A stretch of DNA of 63,849 nt, counting the filler, from Ferroacidibacillus organovorans (GTDB lineage Bacteria; Bacillota; Bacilli; Alicyclobacillales; SLC66): the NCBI RefSeq assembly GCF_001642725.1. It is 6 parts of 6 records of this genome, joined end to end, with 100 filler letters (N's around TTAATTAATTAA, not from the genome) between each part and the next. Parts side by side here need not be neighbours in the genome. Positions count along the whole stretch, not along the records: positions 13,191 to 24,381 come from NZ_LSUQ01000071.1; positions 24,482 to 35,612 come from NZ_LSUQ01000072.1; 4 more parts are not named here. One strand, written 5' to 3'. Below are positions 20,896-31,415 of this stretch, one piece after another. Under the pieces are notes generated by a model. It saw only the letters and a program-made list of their open reading frames with translations. It did no database searches and was not told the DNA's origin. The position numbers and the translations under genes are program-made. The first letter of the stretch is position 1; every line of letters starts with the position of its first letter.

Positions 20896-22566
20896 TCATA
20901 CTTCCATAATAATCGGCAACACCATCGGTCGCCGCCTCGTCTGTTCGTAGAGAAAACGCGTCAGTGCATCGCGCACGCCCATCTTCAGCCCCGACCAGTC
21001 ACTCACGCGATCGGTCATCAATCGCTGAAGCGTCGCTGCGACTACCCGGTTCGCTTCATCGAGCAACTCCTCCGACTCGCGCACATAGACAAATCCGCGG
21101 GAAATGATATCAGGACCAGAGAGCAGCTGTCCTGTTTGCTTTGACATGGTCAACACGACGACGAGAATTCCGTCTTGAGACAAAAGTTTACGGTCGCGCA
21201 AGACAATATTTCCGACATCCCCAACCCCGAGACCATCGATCAGGATCGCGCCTGCCGTCACTTTTCCGCTCACGCGCGGCGTGCCATCCTGAATCTCGAA
21301 TACATCGCCCAATTCGAGCATAAAGATATGATCTTGATTGACGCCCGTCGCCGTCGCCAGTTCAGCGTGCTTGCGCAGCATGCGAAACTCTCCGTGAACA
21401 GGAACGAAATACTTCGGACGAATAAAATTAAGCATCAGCTTGAGCTCTTCTTGACTGCCGTGACCCGAGACGTGAACGCCTGAACCCGGTTGATAGATCA
21501 CATCCGCGCCGATGCGCTGGAGAAGATCGATCGTTCTTGAAATCGACTTTTCATTTCCCGGAATCGGTGAAGACGCGATGATCACAGTATCTCCTGAATA
21601 AATCTCCACTTTGCGGTGCGTCGCGCGCGCCATTCTCGTGAGGGCAGACATCGGTTCACCCTGTGATCCTGTCGTCAACAGCGCAACCTCATGCGTCTCA
21701 AAGCGCGACAATTCTTCCAGTTCAATTAAAGTGTCCGGCTCCACTTCAAGATAGCCCAGATCCTTTGCAACGGAGACGTTATTTACCATGCTGCGTCCGA
21801 CAATCGCCACTTTTCGACCATTTCGCTCTGCAGCGCGAATGACTTGCTGCACTCGATGAATGTTTGACGCAAATGTCGCAAGAATGACTCGTCCTGGCGC
21901 CGTTTGAAACACGCGCTCAATCGTTGCGCCGACGCTGCGCTCCGATGGCGTGAACCCTGGGCGCTCTGCATTCGTGCTATCTGACAACAGTGCGAGCACA
22001 CCTCGTTCACCAAGCGCAGTCATCTTTGCGTAGTCTGCGTGGATTCCGTCCACTGGCGTCTGATCGAATTTAAAGTCACCCGTCTGAACGACGACGCCTT
22101 CTGGCGTATCAATCGCAAATCCGACCGAATCGGGAATGCTGTGATTCACGCGAAAGCAAGAAACCTTGAAGTGACCGAGTGTCACTTCGCTCTCATTGGT
22201 AATTGGGATCAACTTTGATTGATCGAGGATGCCGTGTTCACGCAGTTTTCCTTCAATCAGACCAAGCGTCAAGCGCGTGGCGTAGACAGGCACCTGTAGG
22301 CTCTTAAGGACGTATGGCAATCCGCCAATGTGGTCTTCGTGTCCGTGTGTGATAAAAATACCGCGCAAGCGCTGTTTGTTATCCGTCAGGTACGAGATAT
22401 CCGGAATGACGATGTCAATCCCAAGCATCTCTTCATCCGGGAATTTGAGCCCTGCATCGACAACGATCATATCGTTCCCATACGCGTATGCAGTCATGTT
22501 CTTGCCGATTTCGCCGATTCCGCCGAGCGGAACGATCGAAAGTTTGTTTGAATAATTCTTGCTCAA
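20896..22566 (-). CDS. rnj: Ribonuclease J
   Basis: LGGIGEIGKN, THGHEDHIGG, GSQGEP, HVSGHG. TTG start after GGAGGT. Confidence 0.96.
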   Translation of the reverse strand: MSKNYSNKLSIVPLGGIGEIGKNMTAYAYGNDMIVVDAGLKFPDEEMLGIDIVIPDISYLTDNKQRLRGIFITHGHEDHIGGLPYVLKSLQVPVYATRLTLGLIEGKLREHGILDQSKLIPITNESEVTLGHFKVSCFRVNHSIPDSVGFAIDTPEGVVVQTGDFKFDQTPVDGIHADYAKMTALGERGVLALLSDSTNAERPGFTPSERSVGATIERVFQTAPGRVILATFASNIHRVQQVIRAAERNGRKVAIVGRSMVNNVSVAKDLGYLEVEPDTLIELEELSRFETHEVALLTTGSQGEPMSALTRMARATHRKVEIYSGDTVIIASSPIPGNEKSISRTIDLLQRIGADVIYQPGSGVHVSGHGSQEELKLMLNFIRPKYFVPVHGEFRMLRKHAELATATGVNQDHIFMLELGDVFEIQDGTPRVSGKVTAGAILIDGLGVGDVGNIVLRDRKLLSQDGILVVVLTMSKQTGQLLSGPDIISRGFVYVRESEELLDEANRVVAATLQRLMTDRVSDWSGLKMGVRDALTRFLYEQTRRRPMVLPIIMEV

Positions 22567-22831
22567 CTGTGCACCTCCAAAAAGTAAAACCATGAGCGCT
22601 TACGAATGAGCCCCGTCGTTCCCATACGTCATTCGCCACATGCAGTGCGTGAGATGGCGTGACGAGCGTATCTGTCCGCGCGAATTAGAAGTAAGGACAG
22701 GCGCACACCCACCATCTGCGTCTATTTACATTCTCCGCAAAGCTACCGTTCCGTTCATGGTGACTTGATTATACATGACAAAGGCGAGCGCTCACAACTC
22801 ACGCTCGCCAATCTTTATCGTCATTGCAAAT

Positions 22832-23719
22832 TTAGTGAAAGGACGGGAGTAAAACAACTTCTGAAAGTTGCCTACGCAACTCTGTTCGCTGCGCTGGTGT
22901 AAGGTCGACCAGCGGAAGGCGAACGCCGCCAACCGAGAGTCCGAGCATCGCCAGCGCTGACTTGACTGGCGCTGGGTTTGGCGCGCGAAATAATTCTTCA
23001 AAAAGTGGCAAAAGTGCGTGATGCTGCTCACGCGCTTGCTTTAGATCGCCTTCAAAAAAGGCGTCGACAAGTCGAGCCATGCGCGCGCCTACAACATGCG
23101 AAGCGACGCTGACGACACCGTGGCCGCCAAGCGCAAGAATCGGGAGCGTCATTTTATCATCGCCACTATACACGATGAAATCGTCATCTGTGCCTTCGAG
23201 GATGCGGGATACTTGCGTGAGATCCCCGCTTGACTCTTTGACGCCAACGATGTTCTGGATCGTCGAAAGGCGAATCACGGTCTGCGGGTCAATGTTGACA
23301 CCCGTTCGCGCGGGAATGTTGTATAGAATCGTCGGCTTATCCGTCGCCGCAGCGAGCGCCTCAAAGTGGCGATAGAGTCCCTCTTGAGAGGGCTTGTTGT
23401 AATAGGGCGCTACGAAAAGAAATCCCTGGACACCGAGCGCATCGACTTCTTTGGTCAATTCAACGGACGCTTGTGTGCTGTTGAGCCCCGTTCCCGCAAT
23501 CACCGGGACGCGGCCGCGCGCGAGCCGGACCGATGCATCAAAAAGTGCAAGTTTTTCATCGTGCGTGAGGACGGGTGACTCTCCGGTTGTTCCTGCAACC
23601 ACGAGTGCCGTCGTGCCCGTCTCAATCAGATGATCAATCAAAGCTTGCAAACGCGACAAATCGAGCTCAAGCCGCTCATTAAACGGCGTTACCATCGCGG
23701 TTAAAACGCGACCAAACAC
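22832..23719 (-). CDS. dapA: 4-hydroxy-tetrahydrodipicolinate synthase
   Basis: TAMVTPF, GTTGES, PYYNKP, LYNIP.RTG, GVKES. GTG start at 23719. Confidence 0.96.
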   Translation of the reverse strand: MFGRVLTAMVTPFNERLELDLSRLQALIDHLIETGTTALVVAGTTGESPVLTHDEKLALFDASVRLARGRVPVIAGTGLNSTQASVELTKEVDALGVQGFLFVAPYYNKPSQEGLYRHFEALAAATDKPTILYNIPARTGVNIDPQTVIRLSTIQNIVGVKESSGDLTQVSRILEGTDDDFIVYSGDDKMTLPILALGGHGVVSVASHVVGARMARLVDAFFEGDLKQAREQHHALLPLFEELFRAPNPAPVKSALAMLGLSVGGVRLPLVDLTPAQRTELRRQLSEVVLLPSFH

Positions 23720-23720
23720 G

Positions 23721-24381
23721 TCAGACTCCCCCTTGTGCGTGCAAATCGAATTGATCATGGATCGCGCGAACGGCCTCTGCCACATCTTTTTCGTGGACGA
23801 GGCACCAGATGGTGGTGTTCGAATCGGCAGATTGAAGGATCTCAATGCCTCGCTCGGTAAGCGCCATGACGATGCGCGCCATCACCCCTGGCACTCCGTG
23901 GATTCCAGCGCCAACTGCGGCCACTTTTGCCACGTTGCGAACCGCTTCTACCGTCAGTCCCAACTCATGAAGCCTTGTGATCGCGCGGTCTTCGTGAGTG
24001 AGCGGCACCGTGAATGTCACTTCACTCGGTGTCACATTAAAAAAATCCAGCGAAATGCCTTCTGCCGCCATTGCCTGAAACGCATCCTTTTGAAACCCGC
24101 TTCTTCCTGCGTCGGAGCGCACTTTAAGTTGCGTCACGCGCGCACTGTGTGTGACACCTGTGAGGATGCGATCCTGTGCAGGCCTTTCCTCAAGCGGGCG
24201 CGACGCGCTTGTCACAAGCGTTCCCTCGTCTTTTGATCCCGTCGCGCGCACGCGAATCGGGATGTTTTTCTGCATCGCAAGTTCAACCGCCCGCGGATGA
24301 ATCACCTTTGCGCCCTGATACGCGAAATTACAAATTTCTGTATACGTAACGTGGGTCAAGCGCGCCGCGCCGTTGACAAGC
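23721..24381 (-). CDS. dapG: Aspartate kinase I, 3' part (5' end lost at the gap)
   Basis: GAKVIHPRAVE, ACT domains, GIEILQSADS; directly upstream of dapA. Confidence 0.9.
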
Positions 24382-24481
24382 NNNNNNNNNNNNNNNNNNN
24401 NNNNNNNNNNNNNNNNNNNNNNNNNTTAATTAATTAANNNNNNNNNNNNNNNNNNNNNNNNNNNNNNNNNNNNNNNNNNNN
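24382..24481. other. Artificial contig linker
   Basis: N-TTAATTAATTAA-N. Confidence 0.99.
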
Positions 24482-24576
24482 GTACAGAGCGGATCGGTGG
24501 TCAATAGGGTGTATCGGTAGAGGGCGAGCAGCCTCTTGTGATATGACGAGGGGCCGACACAGACTTCCTTCGTTTC

Positions 24577-24722
24577 GGGGGCGGCGGATGTGGACAAATG
24601 TCCCGTAGTCGGACGGCTGTCACGGCGCGCCCCGCGCGGGATGTCGCGCCTCACTCGAGTCATTCGCGATGCGTAAGACTATGCGAAAGGCTATGCCCAA
24701 CCCTGTGCGAAACCCTCTGTGG
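24577..24722 (+). repeat. About 145-bp degenerate direct repeat, copy 1, with four tandem 12-bp units
   Basis: Aligns with 25991-26135. Units TGCGTAAGACTA/TGCGAAAGGCTA/TGCCCAACCCTG/TGCGAAACCCTC at 24670-24717. Confidence 0.85.
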
Positions 24723-25117
24723 ACCAATTCGGAGGAGATTTGCTTTACGGACTGTTGCGATGGGAGAACATGGCCAGAATCTACAGGAGTTGAACCAGTG
24801 AAGTTCCGTCGAGGTATCCCACTCCATCAGAGCGCATAGACGGTCACTGATTTTTCATGGAAGAATCCATATTCAACTTATATAGTCATCGACCGGAATT
24901 CGACGCAGCGCGGGTGGCTACGTGTCCTGCGCCACATCGCCGCACACGTTGGTGCGGGCGACGGTAGACCGATTTCCTCCATTCGATGCGAACGTGGGAA
25001 CGTGTTGCGGCGAAGCAAATTTGAGTGGCAATGCACCTGCGGATAACAGAATTGACTTGATGGCGAGCGGGAACGAGAGGTACAGTCGGACACAACGTTT
25101 CCGGGGGTGGATCGCCA

Positions 25118-25393
25118 TTGTGTCCGATCGCGAAGCAACTACTGGCCGAAAAACTGATTGACGATTTTTACGAGGCATACGCGCGAGGTGGCCAACAGAA
25201 GTCTCGGCCCCAAGAAGACCTGGTGGAACAGCTCAAGGCACGATTGCCAACCGATCAGCATGCATGGCTGTATCGCTGGGAAGCCGAGTGCGTCGAGACC
25301 TGTACGCACGAACTACAGCAGTTTGCCAATTTCATCGCGGACCTTCTGATGGCGACTCCTGTCCACGCAAGCGATGCAAGACGTCACGAGTAA
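25118..25393 (+). CDS. Hypothetical protein
   Basis: GGGGTGGA RBS-like; helical protein-like composition. Confidence 0.55.
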   Translation: MCPIAKQLLAEKLIDDFYEAYARGGQQKSRPQEDLVEQLKARLPTDQHAWLYRWEAECVETCTHELQQFANFIADLLMATPVHASDARRHE

Positions 25394-25420
25394 CTGTTGC
25401 GCGCTGGGGGTTGCTATGTC

Positions 25421-25642
25421 TCATGAGTACCGCCAGTTTGCGCCTTCTCGGCCATGCGATAGAGGGATAGCGTGCAAGGCGGCTTGGAAGTTTTCCACCG
25501 CCGCTTTCGACGGTTCGTTACAAGTCAGTCGGATGACGACATTCCCGCAATGGAACGTGACGGTGGTCAGGTCTCCGGGGATCGTGACCCCAACCGATGT
25601 TGGATGCGCATGGGGTTCGTCCAATTTGTCAGGCGGCTGCAT
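25421..25642 (-). CDS. Small 'NxPS' family protein, paralog 1
   Basis: GGAGGTGTCCCC-ATG; shares T.NEPS.AAVE.F..AL with 34869-35081. Confidence 0.7.
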   Translation of the reverse strand: MQPPDKLDEPHAHPTSVGVTIPGDLTTVTFHCGNVVIRLTCNEPSKAAVENFQAALHAIPLSHGREGANWRYS

Positions 25643-25990
25643 GGGGACACCTCCGCATAATCATTCGCAATATGCGGATATCCACTACCCCTCACCGGAG
25701 CGAATCGGTGGGCAACGCGGTGCAGCAGCGGAGGGCGAGCAGAATTTCTTGCGCACTGGCTTCGAGGGGGTCAGCCAGCGGGGCCTCTCTACGGGTGCCA
25801 TGTGGATCGATGTCCCGATCCGTTTTCCTCTCCGATCCGCATCGTATCGGGTATCATCCGTTCAACCGGCCCCTGGTGTTTTGTGCCAAGTTCCGTGCCT
25901 AGTTGTGTTCGGCGTTTGAGGCGACGCAAGATGAGTTATCGGCTGCGTTCTCGACGATCTTCTTGTCGGAAGCGTCACTGTGTCCGTGTG

Positions 25991-26135
25991 GGGGGCGGCG
26001 CTATGGACAAATGTCCCGCAGTCTGACGCCCGTCCCGGCGCGTCCCGCGCGGGCTGTCGGGATTCCGTCCAGACGTTCACGATGCGCAAGACTGTGCGAA
26101 AGGCTATGCCGAACCCTGTGCGCAACCCTCTGTGG
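25991..26135 (+). repeat. About 145-bp degenerate direct repeat, copy 2
   Basis: Units TGCGCAAGACTG/TGCGAAAGGCTA/TGCCGAACCCTG/TGCGCAACCCTC at 26083-26130. Confidence 0.85.
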
Positions 26136-26550
26136 GGCAAGGGGCGCTGTGATGGATCCGCCCGGAAAGTGCTGCCTCCTCTTGAGCAGTGAACGACAAG
26201 TCAAACGTCCAACCCCCTTCCAAAAATGCGCCGTAGGATCACTGCAAGCAGAGGGAGCTCATCCACGCTGAACAGAGGGAGCGAGGCGGCCTGTCCGAAT
26301 GGCCTTTGACAGGGAGGTGCGTGCCGCTGATTGATAGAGACCGCGACGATTGTGCTTGGCGTCCTCGGCACAGAGCGAGAGAGAGCGGGATTGAGAGGTC
26401 TCGGAACAGGGATGGGCATTGCGCCCACTCAGACACGTGAGGGGGACCGGGCGTCGGCGTAGGACGGAACCTCCTTGGTGGGATCGCGATACGGGAACGC
26501 AAAGAGGGTGGCTATTTGATGTGCCACCCTACCCACTATTGATTGGTATC

Positions 26551-26593
26551 ATCTTACCTTCGGGAAACGAGCCTGTGGTGCCAAACCCGTGCC
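26551..26593 (-). promoter_or_regulatory. GGCAC-repeat promoter, copy 1
   Basis: GGCAC-GGGTTT-GGCACC-N20-TAAGAT. Confidence 0.6.
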
Positions 26594-27057
26594 GACACGG
26601 AACGGAGGTAGGTGGTAGAGGACAAGGAGCGTGGATTCCGTTTCTCAGTTCCGAAGGATCAGTGATCGGGAGTAAGAAAAGAGTGACGTCCACGCGCAGC
26701 GGATTGGTGGGGCCTGGGTGCCTTTTACTGCAGAAGTAGATCATCTACGTGTATACTGATGCTGAGGTACACCGAGCAACACTCGGCCCGGTATGTTCTG
26801 CGAAGAGTGTATGTGATGGCTTGTCAGTATAAATATTCACGCTTTCAAACTCGGCCTATGCAGATTTCGGCCAGCTATGCGCAATACGATCGCAATTCAT
26901 AAGCGAGGGCGAACAAAGAGAGTTTAGATTGGTTTATTACATCGCAGGGAGAGTTACATCTTCAAAGGAAATTAGGATTTTTGAAAACAGAAAAATAGTT
27001 ACAGGCGCTGTAGTAGACTAAGTATAAGAACCGCGGATGTCAGGAGGAATTCCCGAT

Positions 27058-27843
27058 ATGATGGATGCACAGACATTGCTCCGAGCCTACGACCAAGAGT
27101 TACGCACTGACGCAGAAACCCAAAACGCGTTATCCGAGACTCACCTCGGTCTATTACGCTTGGTCACGTTCGATGGCGATCAGGGTTTCGTGACCTATCC
27201 ACACCCTGACGATGCTGAGGCGACGCAAATGCCCCAATTGGTGCCACGAGTTCTCGATCACTTCCGTGAGAAACCAACTATCAACCAGGTCGAGTGGAAG
27301 ACACGCGATCATGACGGTGTCCTCGGACTCCATCAGGCATTGGTGGGAAATGGGTTCCAGCCCGACGATCCCGAGTCGATCATGATCGGAGAAGCCAAGA
27401 TGCTTGACGTCAATGTGCAACTGCCAGCTGGAGTGACACTGCGCTGTGTGACTGAAGAAGCGGATATCCGTAGAATGACGGCGATGGAGTCGCTCGTTTT
27501 CGGAAGACCCTTGGACGACATGGCGGATGTGCTACTACGTCGACTAGCGCTTAAGGACGGAATGCAACTATGGGTAGCGGAGGCAGAAGGACAGATCGTG
27601 AGCGCAGGTCGCCTAGAACCAGTCGTCGGAACGAACTTCGCTGGAATATGGGGCGGAGCCACACTTGAATCTTGGCGCGGTCGAGGTATCTACCGAGCGC
27701 TCACCGCTACTCGGTCCCGTTCTGCTCTGGACTTGGGCAAAACACTTATTTACAGTGATTCTACTGAATACTCACGTCCAATCTTGGAGCGCTCCGGACT
27801 CGTTAAGGTCTCTACCACGACCCCATACCGTTGGTACCGATAA
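27058..27843 (+). CDS. GNAT family N-acetyltransferase
   Basis: WGGATLESWRGRGIYRAL, SRPILERSG; GGAGG RBS. Confidence 0.88.
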   Translation: MMDAQTLLRAYDQELRTDAETQNALSETHLGLLRLVTFDGDQGFVTYPHPDDAEATQMPQLVPRVLDHFREKPTINQVEWKTRDHDGVLGLHQALVGNGFQPDDPESIMIGEAKMLDVNVQLPAGVTLRCVTEEADIRRMTAMESLVFGRPLDDMADVLLRRLALKDGMQLWVAEAEGQIVSAGRLEPVVGTNFAGIWGGATLESWRGRGIYRALTATRSRSALDLGKTLIYSDSTEYSRPILERSGLVKVSTTTPYRWYR

Positions 27844-28067
27844 ACTTGACTGGCAATAAGTGCTCACAGAAGACACAATCGGTAGATACTAGGATAAATT
27901 CGAGGGCATAAACCGAGCATGCAATGAAACCTACTACTGCATGTTCATCAAGTTCGCCAGACACGCTGGTTATGTCACACATGGGCAGTAATGTTCAGAA
28001 AAACAGGATTCATTACTACTGTAGAAGAAGTTATTAGCAACAGAACAAAGTGAGAGGAGACATGAAC

Positions 28068-28454
28068 ATGTCGGCGGAATTAAGTCACACTTGTTTATTT
28101 ACGGATAGCGTACAGAGATTAGCTGACTTTTACGGCAAAATACTTGGTATTGAGCCAGTTGTGTACGGTGAAGGTTATGCCGAAGTGCAAACGTCGAAAG
28201 GTACTTTGTCATTCTACAATGTAGAAGAACAAAATGAGATGGCTCCTGGTTCGGCACAGTCAGGTCCCAATCGAGCTATGATTCTTGAGTTTCATGTATC
28301 CGATGTAGATGCTGAATATAACCGACTAGTCGGCATGGACGTTGAAGTTGTCAAAGGACTCACAACTCAGTCGTGGGGCAATCGGTCATTTTATTTTCGG
28401 GACATTGATGGTAATCTGGTAAATTTCTTTTCAAGAGTCGATGTCGGGAACTAA
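28068..28454 (+). CDS. VOC/glyoxalase/bleomycin-resistance protein
   Basis: DFYGKILG, FHVSDVDAEY, WGNRSFYFRDIDGN. Confidence 0.9.
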   Translation: MSAELSHTCLFTDSVQRLADFYGKILGIEPVVYGEGYAEVQTSKGTLSFYNVEEQNEMAPGSAQSGPNRAMILEFHVSDVDAEYNRLVGMDVEVVKGLTTQSWGNRSFYFRDIDGNLVNFFSRVDVGN

Positions 28455-28461
28455 GCAATCG

Positions 28462-28575
28462 CTTGCTGAACAAACGGGGGCAAAATTGCCTTAGCCACCG
28501 CTGAGCCGCTGGTGTATCATTATACAGGCTGGCATTGCGATGCTCCCTGAAGTATCGGGCAGGAATTCCCCATAA
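28462..28575 (+). repeat. Paired dif-like site unit A
   Basis: GCTGAACAAAC-GGGGGC ... TAGCCACCGC..CCGCTGGTGTATCATTATAC ... CCTGAAGTATC-GGGCAG-GAATTCCCCAT. Confidence 0.75.
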
Positions 28576-28964
28576 CAGATATATCTAAGTAACTGGTAAT
28601 ATTACCCTACACCTCTGATTCTTCACGCGTTCAGCTGACACTGACGGTTACAAGAGATCCACACCGACGCGATGGGGGGGCAGCTGCTTCAATTCCTGTC
28701 AGCCAAACCATATCGATATGGGAAACGCAGAGGGCACTTGAACGTTGTTAGTGTTCCTTTTCGCTGATTTGGCTGTTGGAACCGAAACCAGTCCCAGTTT
28801 ATCTGACCAGGAGCATTTCTTCGATGTCTTGCTGAAGGTACACTGTGGGATGCCACATCCGACAACCGTGAACTTTACAAGCATATGGGTACATTGAATA
28901 TAGCTCGGGTTTATGGAAGGTATTTAGTGCTTCACAATGGTTGCAATAGAGAGGGGGAGGGCTA

Positions 28965-30608
28965 GTGAAGGGGTCAGTTCAATCGAGACAGCTTGCTGTC
29001 GTAATCGGAGTTAATGATTATGGTTCGGCGCAATCGAACCTCCGCTACTGTTCGAACGACGCCGAGGCCTTCTACGAATCTCTGGTTCACTACGCATCGT
29101 ACAACTCTGAAAACATGGTTTTGTTTTCGGACGGTGAGCACCAGTGCGCCAAGAAGCCCCATTACACTGATATTCTATCTGAAGTATATAGTATGTGTAG
29201 CAATGCCACGGAGAGTGACTCGATACTGCTGTTTTTTGCGGGACACGGAACGAGAGACGATGAGGACAGTTATCTCTTAACACAGGAATTTCGACCCAAC
29301 GTTATCAGTGAATCATCAATTCCTATGCGGAAGATCAATGACTATTTTACCCAGTCTAAGGCCAAGTTCAAATTGCGCTTCTTCGATGCATGTCATTCGG
29401 GGAGAATGGGGCGTAGAGGCTTGTTGAACCCCAGTGTGGATGATGCCTTTATCATAAATGCTGAAGGATGGGCTACGCTTGCAGCATGCAAGGAGACTCA
29501 GTATGCACATGAGCACGATACAATTAAACACGGTGTATTTTCCTATTACTTGGTAAAGGGTATCTCCGGAGAAGCTTCGACAAACGGCAGGACCGTTGCG
29601 CTAGATGATCTGAAGCTCTACGTGATGAACAAGACGATCGACTTGACTAGTAAGCTTGGAATGGAACAAACTCCTGTATTCGCAGGAGAACAGTCGGGTT
29701 CATTGATAATTAGCAGAGTTCGACCGGAACAAGATACGGCTCTGCCTGTTATCTTGCTTCAGATTGAGAAATCAACGGACGAGCAGTTAGAGCCATCACC
29801 TGAGCGACCAGACGCATTGTATTCAGAGTTAAACACGCTGCTCTCAGGAGAATTCGACTCCCGTGACTACGTTGCAGCAGACCAGGAAGATAAGATGCGA
29901 CGCATATCCAGTTTAACGTCCCTAATTGACGATTGGGGAAAAAGCGGTTCAAAACGATACAACGAGACATCGAACCACGCGCAGATGCAAAGTCGATTTA
30001 CTTCGGTCGAGAAGTTACCTCTCAATCGGAATCTGGCCGAGTATTTGAGTAACAACACCAAGGTCTCGGAGGTGATTGAATGGAGGTTTTTCAACCAAAC
30101 TGTAACTCGTTATGTCAAACAGACCCAGACTGAGGTAGAGGAACGTCCGTCATTTGGAATTGGATTGTCGTCCCAAAGACAGGTTCGGAGATATCGCGAG
30201 GTCAATGTGCCTCATGAAGAAGAAGTGTTGGCCGGAATTAAAGTTCAGGATGGGTATCCCGTCACGGATAACTCTATGCTATTACAGTTCAGCAGTGACT
30301 CACATTTGGTACCTCATTGCGGTTTGGTTTCCACTCTAATTCCGAACAATTTTGGGGCATATCTTCTCTGTTACTTCGTTTGCACGAAACTTGGCAAGGA
30401 ACTTAAGGAACTATGGGACGAAGATTCGTTTAACGTGAGGCATTTCTCAGCCGTGTCGTTCAGTGAGAAATATAAAGCTGAGCTTAAAAGAGAACTTGAC
30501 CAAGTGTATTCACAGTTCCTGTCATACATCATTGAACGCACCAAAGCGAGGCAAATGAAATTATCGAGCCTTGGTGCGGTTCCTGGAACTTCCATGGTTA
30601 AACCATGA
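28965..30608 (+). CDS. Caspase-family (peptidase C14) protein with unknown C-terminal domain
   Basis: AVVIGVNDY, LRYCSNDA, FFAGHG (His), FFDACHSG (Cys), HGVFSYYL, QTP. Confidence 0.9.
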   Translation: MKGSVQSRQLAVVIGVNDYGSAQSNLRYCSNDAEAFYESLVHYASYNSENMVLFSDGEHQCAKKPHYTDILSEVYSMCSNATESDSILLFFAGHGTRDDEDSYLLTQEFRPNVISESSIPMRKINDYFTQSKAKFKLRFFDACHSGRMGRRGLLNPSVDDAFIINAEGWATLAACKETQYAHEHDTIKHGVFSYYLVKGISGEASTNGRTVALDDLKLYVMNKTIDLTSKLGMEQTPVFAGEQSGSLIISRVRPEQDTALPVILLQIEKSTDEQLEPSPERPDALYSELNTLLSGEFDSRDYVAADQEDKMRRISSLTSLIDDWGKSGSKRYNETSNHAQMQSRFTSVEKLPLNRNLAEYLSNNTKVSEVIEWRFFNQTVTRYVKQTQTEVEERPSFGIGLSSQRQVRRYREVNVPHEEEVLAGIKVQDGYPVTDNSMLLQFSSDSHLVPHCGLVSTLIPNNFGAYLLCYFVCTKLGKELKELWDEDSFNVRHFSAVSFSEKYKAELKRELDQVYSQFLSYIIERTKARQMKLSSLGAVPGTSMVKP

Positions 30609-30814
30609 TATTTCGGCTTGGAAAGCGCCTGACTCAAATCAAGATGGCTACCGAACGGTGCGTCCGGTATTTTGTTGCACGTCGCCATTTGCATCAAGCG
30701 CGACTTTCTTCGTTTCTTCTGGTCGCAGCTACGGCATTGGACAAGTAATCTTCCAAGTCGATACCACCGTGGTCTCATGGAACATCAGGAGAGAAGAGTA
30801 CAAGAAACGGAACG

Positions 30815-31240
30815 GTGAAACCATTGACTAATTGCAAAATTGTGGAGCGGGCACCGACACCAGATGAATATCGTAATCTTTGCGTTTCTGTAGGCTGGGA
30901 ATCTGTGATGAATTTTGAGGTTGCCCAAAAAGCCATTGAAAACTCTTTGTTTGCAGTTGTAGCAAGGAAGGATGATCAAACCGTAGGCATGGGTCGGATT
31001 ATAGGAGACGGTGCGATATTTTACTACGTTCAGGACATTGCTGTATCACCAAAGTATCAAAAACGTGGTATTGGGACAAAAATCCTAGACACGTTGATGG
31101 ATTATATAAAGACTCATGCCCCAGAGAAAGCATTTGTTGGTTTGTTTGCGGCAGAGGGAACTGTGCCCTTTTATGAGCAGTATGGATTTAAAGATTATTC
31201 ACCGTCGATGACAGGGATTTTCCGTGTAACGCCGATCTGA
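30815..31240 (+). CDS. GNAT family N-acetyltransferase
   Basis: VGMGRIIGDG, QDIAVSPKYQKRGIG, FYEQYGF. Confidence 0.92.
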   Translation: MKPLTNCKIVERAPTPDEYRNLCVSVGWESVMNFEVAQKAIENSLFAVVARKDDQTVGMGRIIGDGAIFYYVQDIAVSPKYQKRGIGTKILDTLMDYIKTHAPEKAFVGLFAAEGTVPFYEQYGFKDYSPSMTGIFRVTPI

Positions 31241-31253
31241 CACAAAAACTTAT

Positions 31254-31367
31254 CTTGTTGCGCATAAGGGGCGCAAATTCATGAACACTGATTGCTTGCC
31301 TGATGTATGATTATACGATGGGCAATCCTTTCGTAATCTTGCGCGATCGGGCAGCATAGTTCCATAG
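31254..31367 (+). repeat. Paired dif-like site unit B
   Basis: GTTGCGCATAAG-GGGCGC ... GTATGATTATAC ... CTTGCGCGATC-GGGCAG-CATAGTTCCAT. Confidence 0.78.
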
Positions 31368-31415
31368 CGGACATGGTATTATTTGGACAATAGTCTCTGG
31401 GAGGAACTAGCTGGC

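Noticed and set aside
22594..22830. Long leader between dapA and rnj as a riboswitch or T-box
   Set aside because: No recognisable aptamer, T-box motif or terminator/antiterminator by eye; an Rfam scan would be needed.
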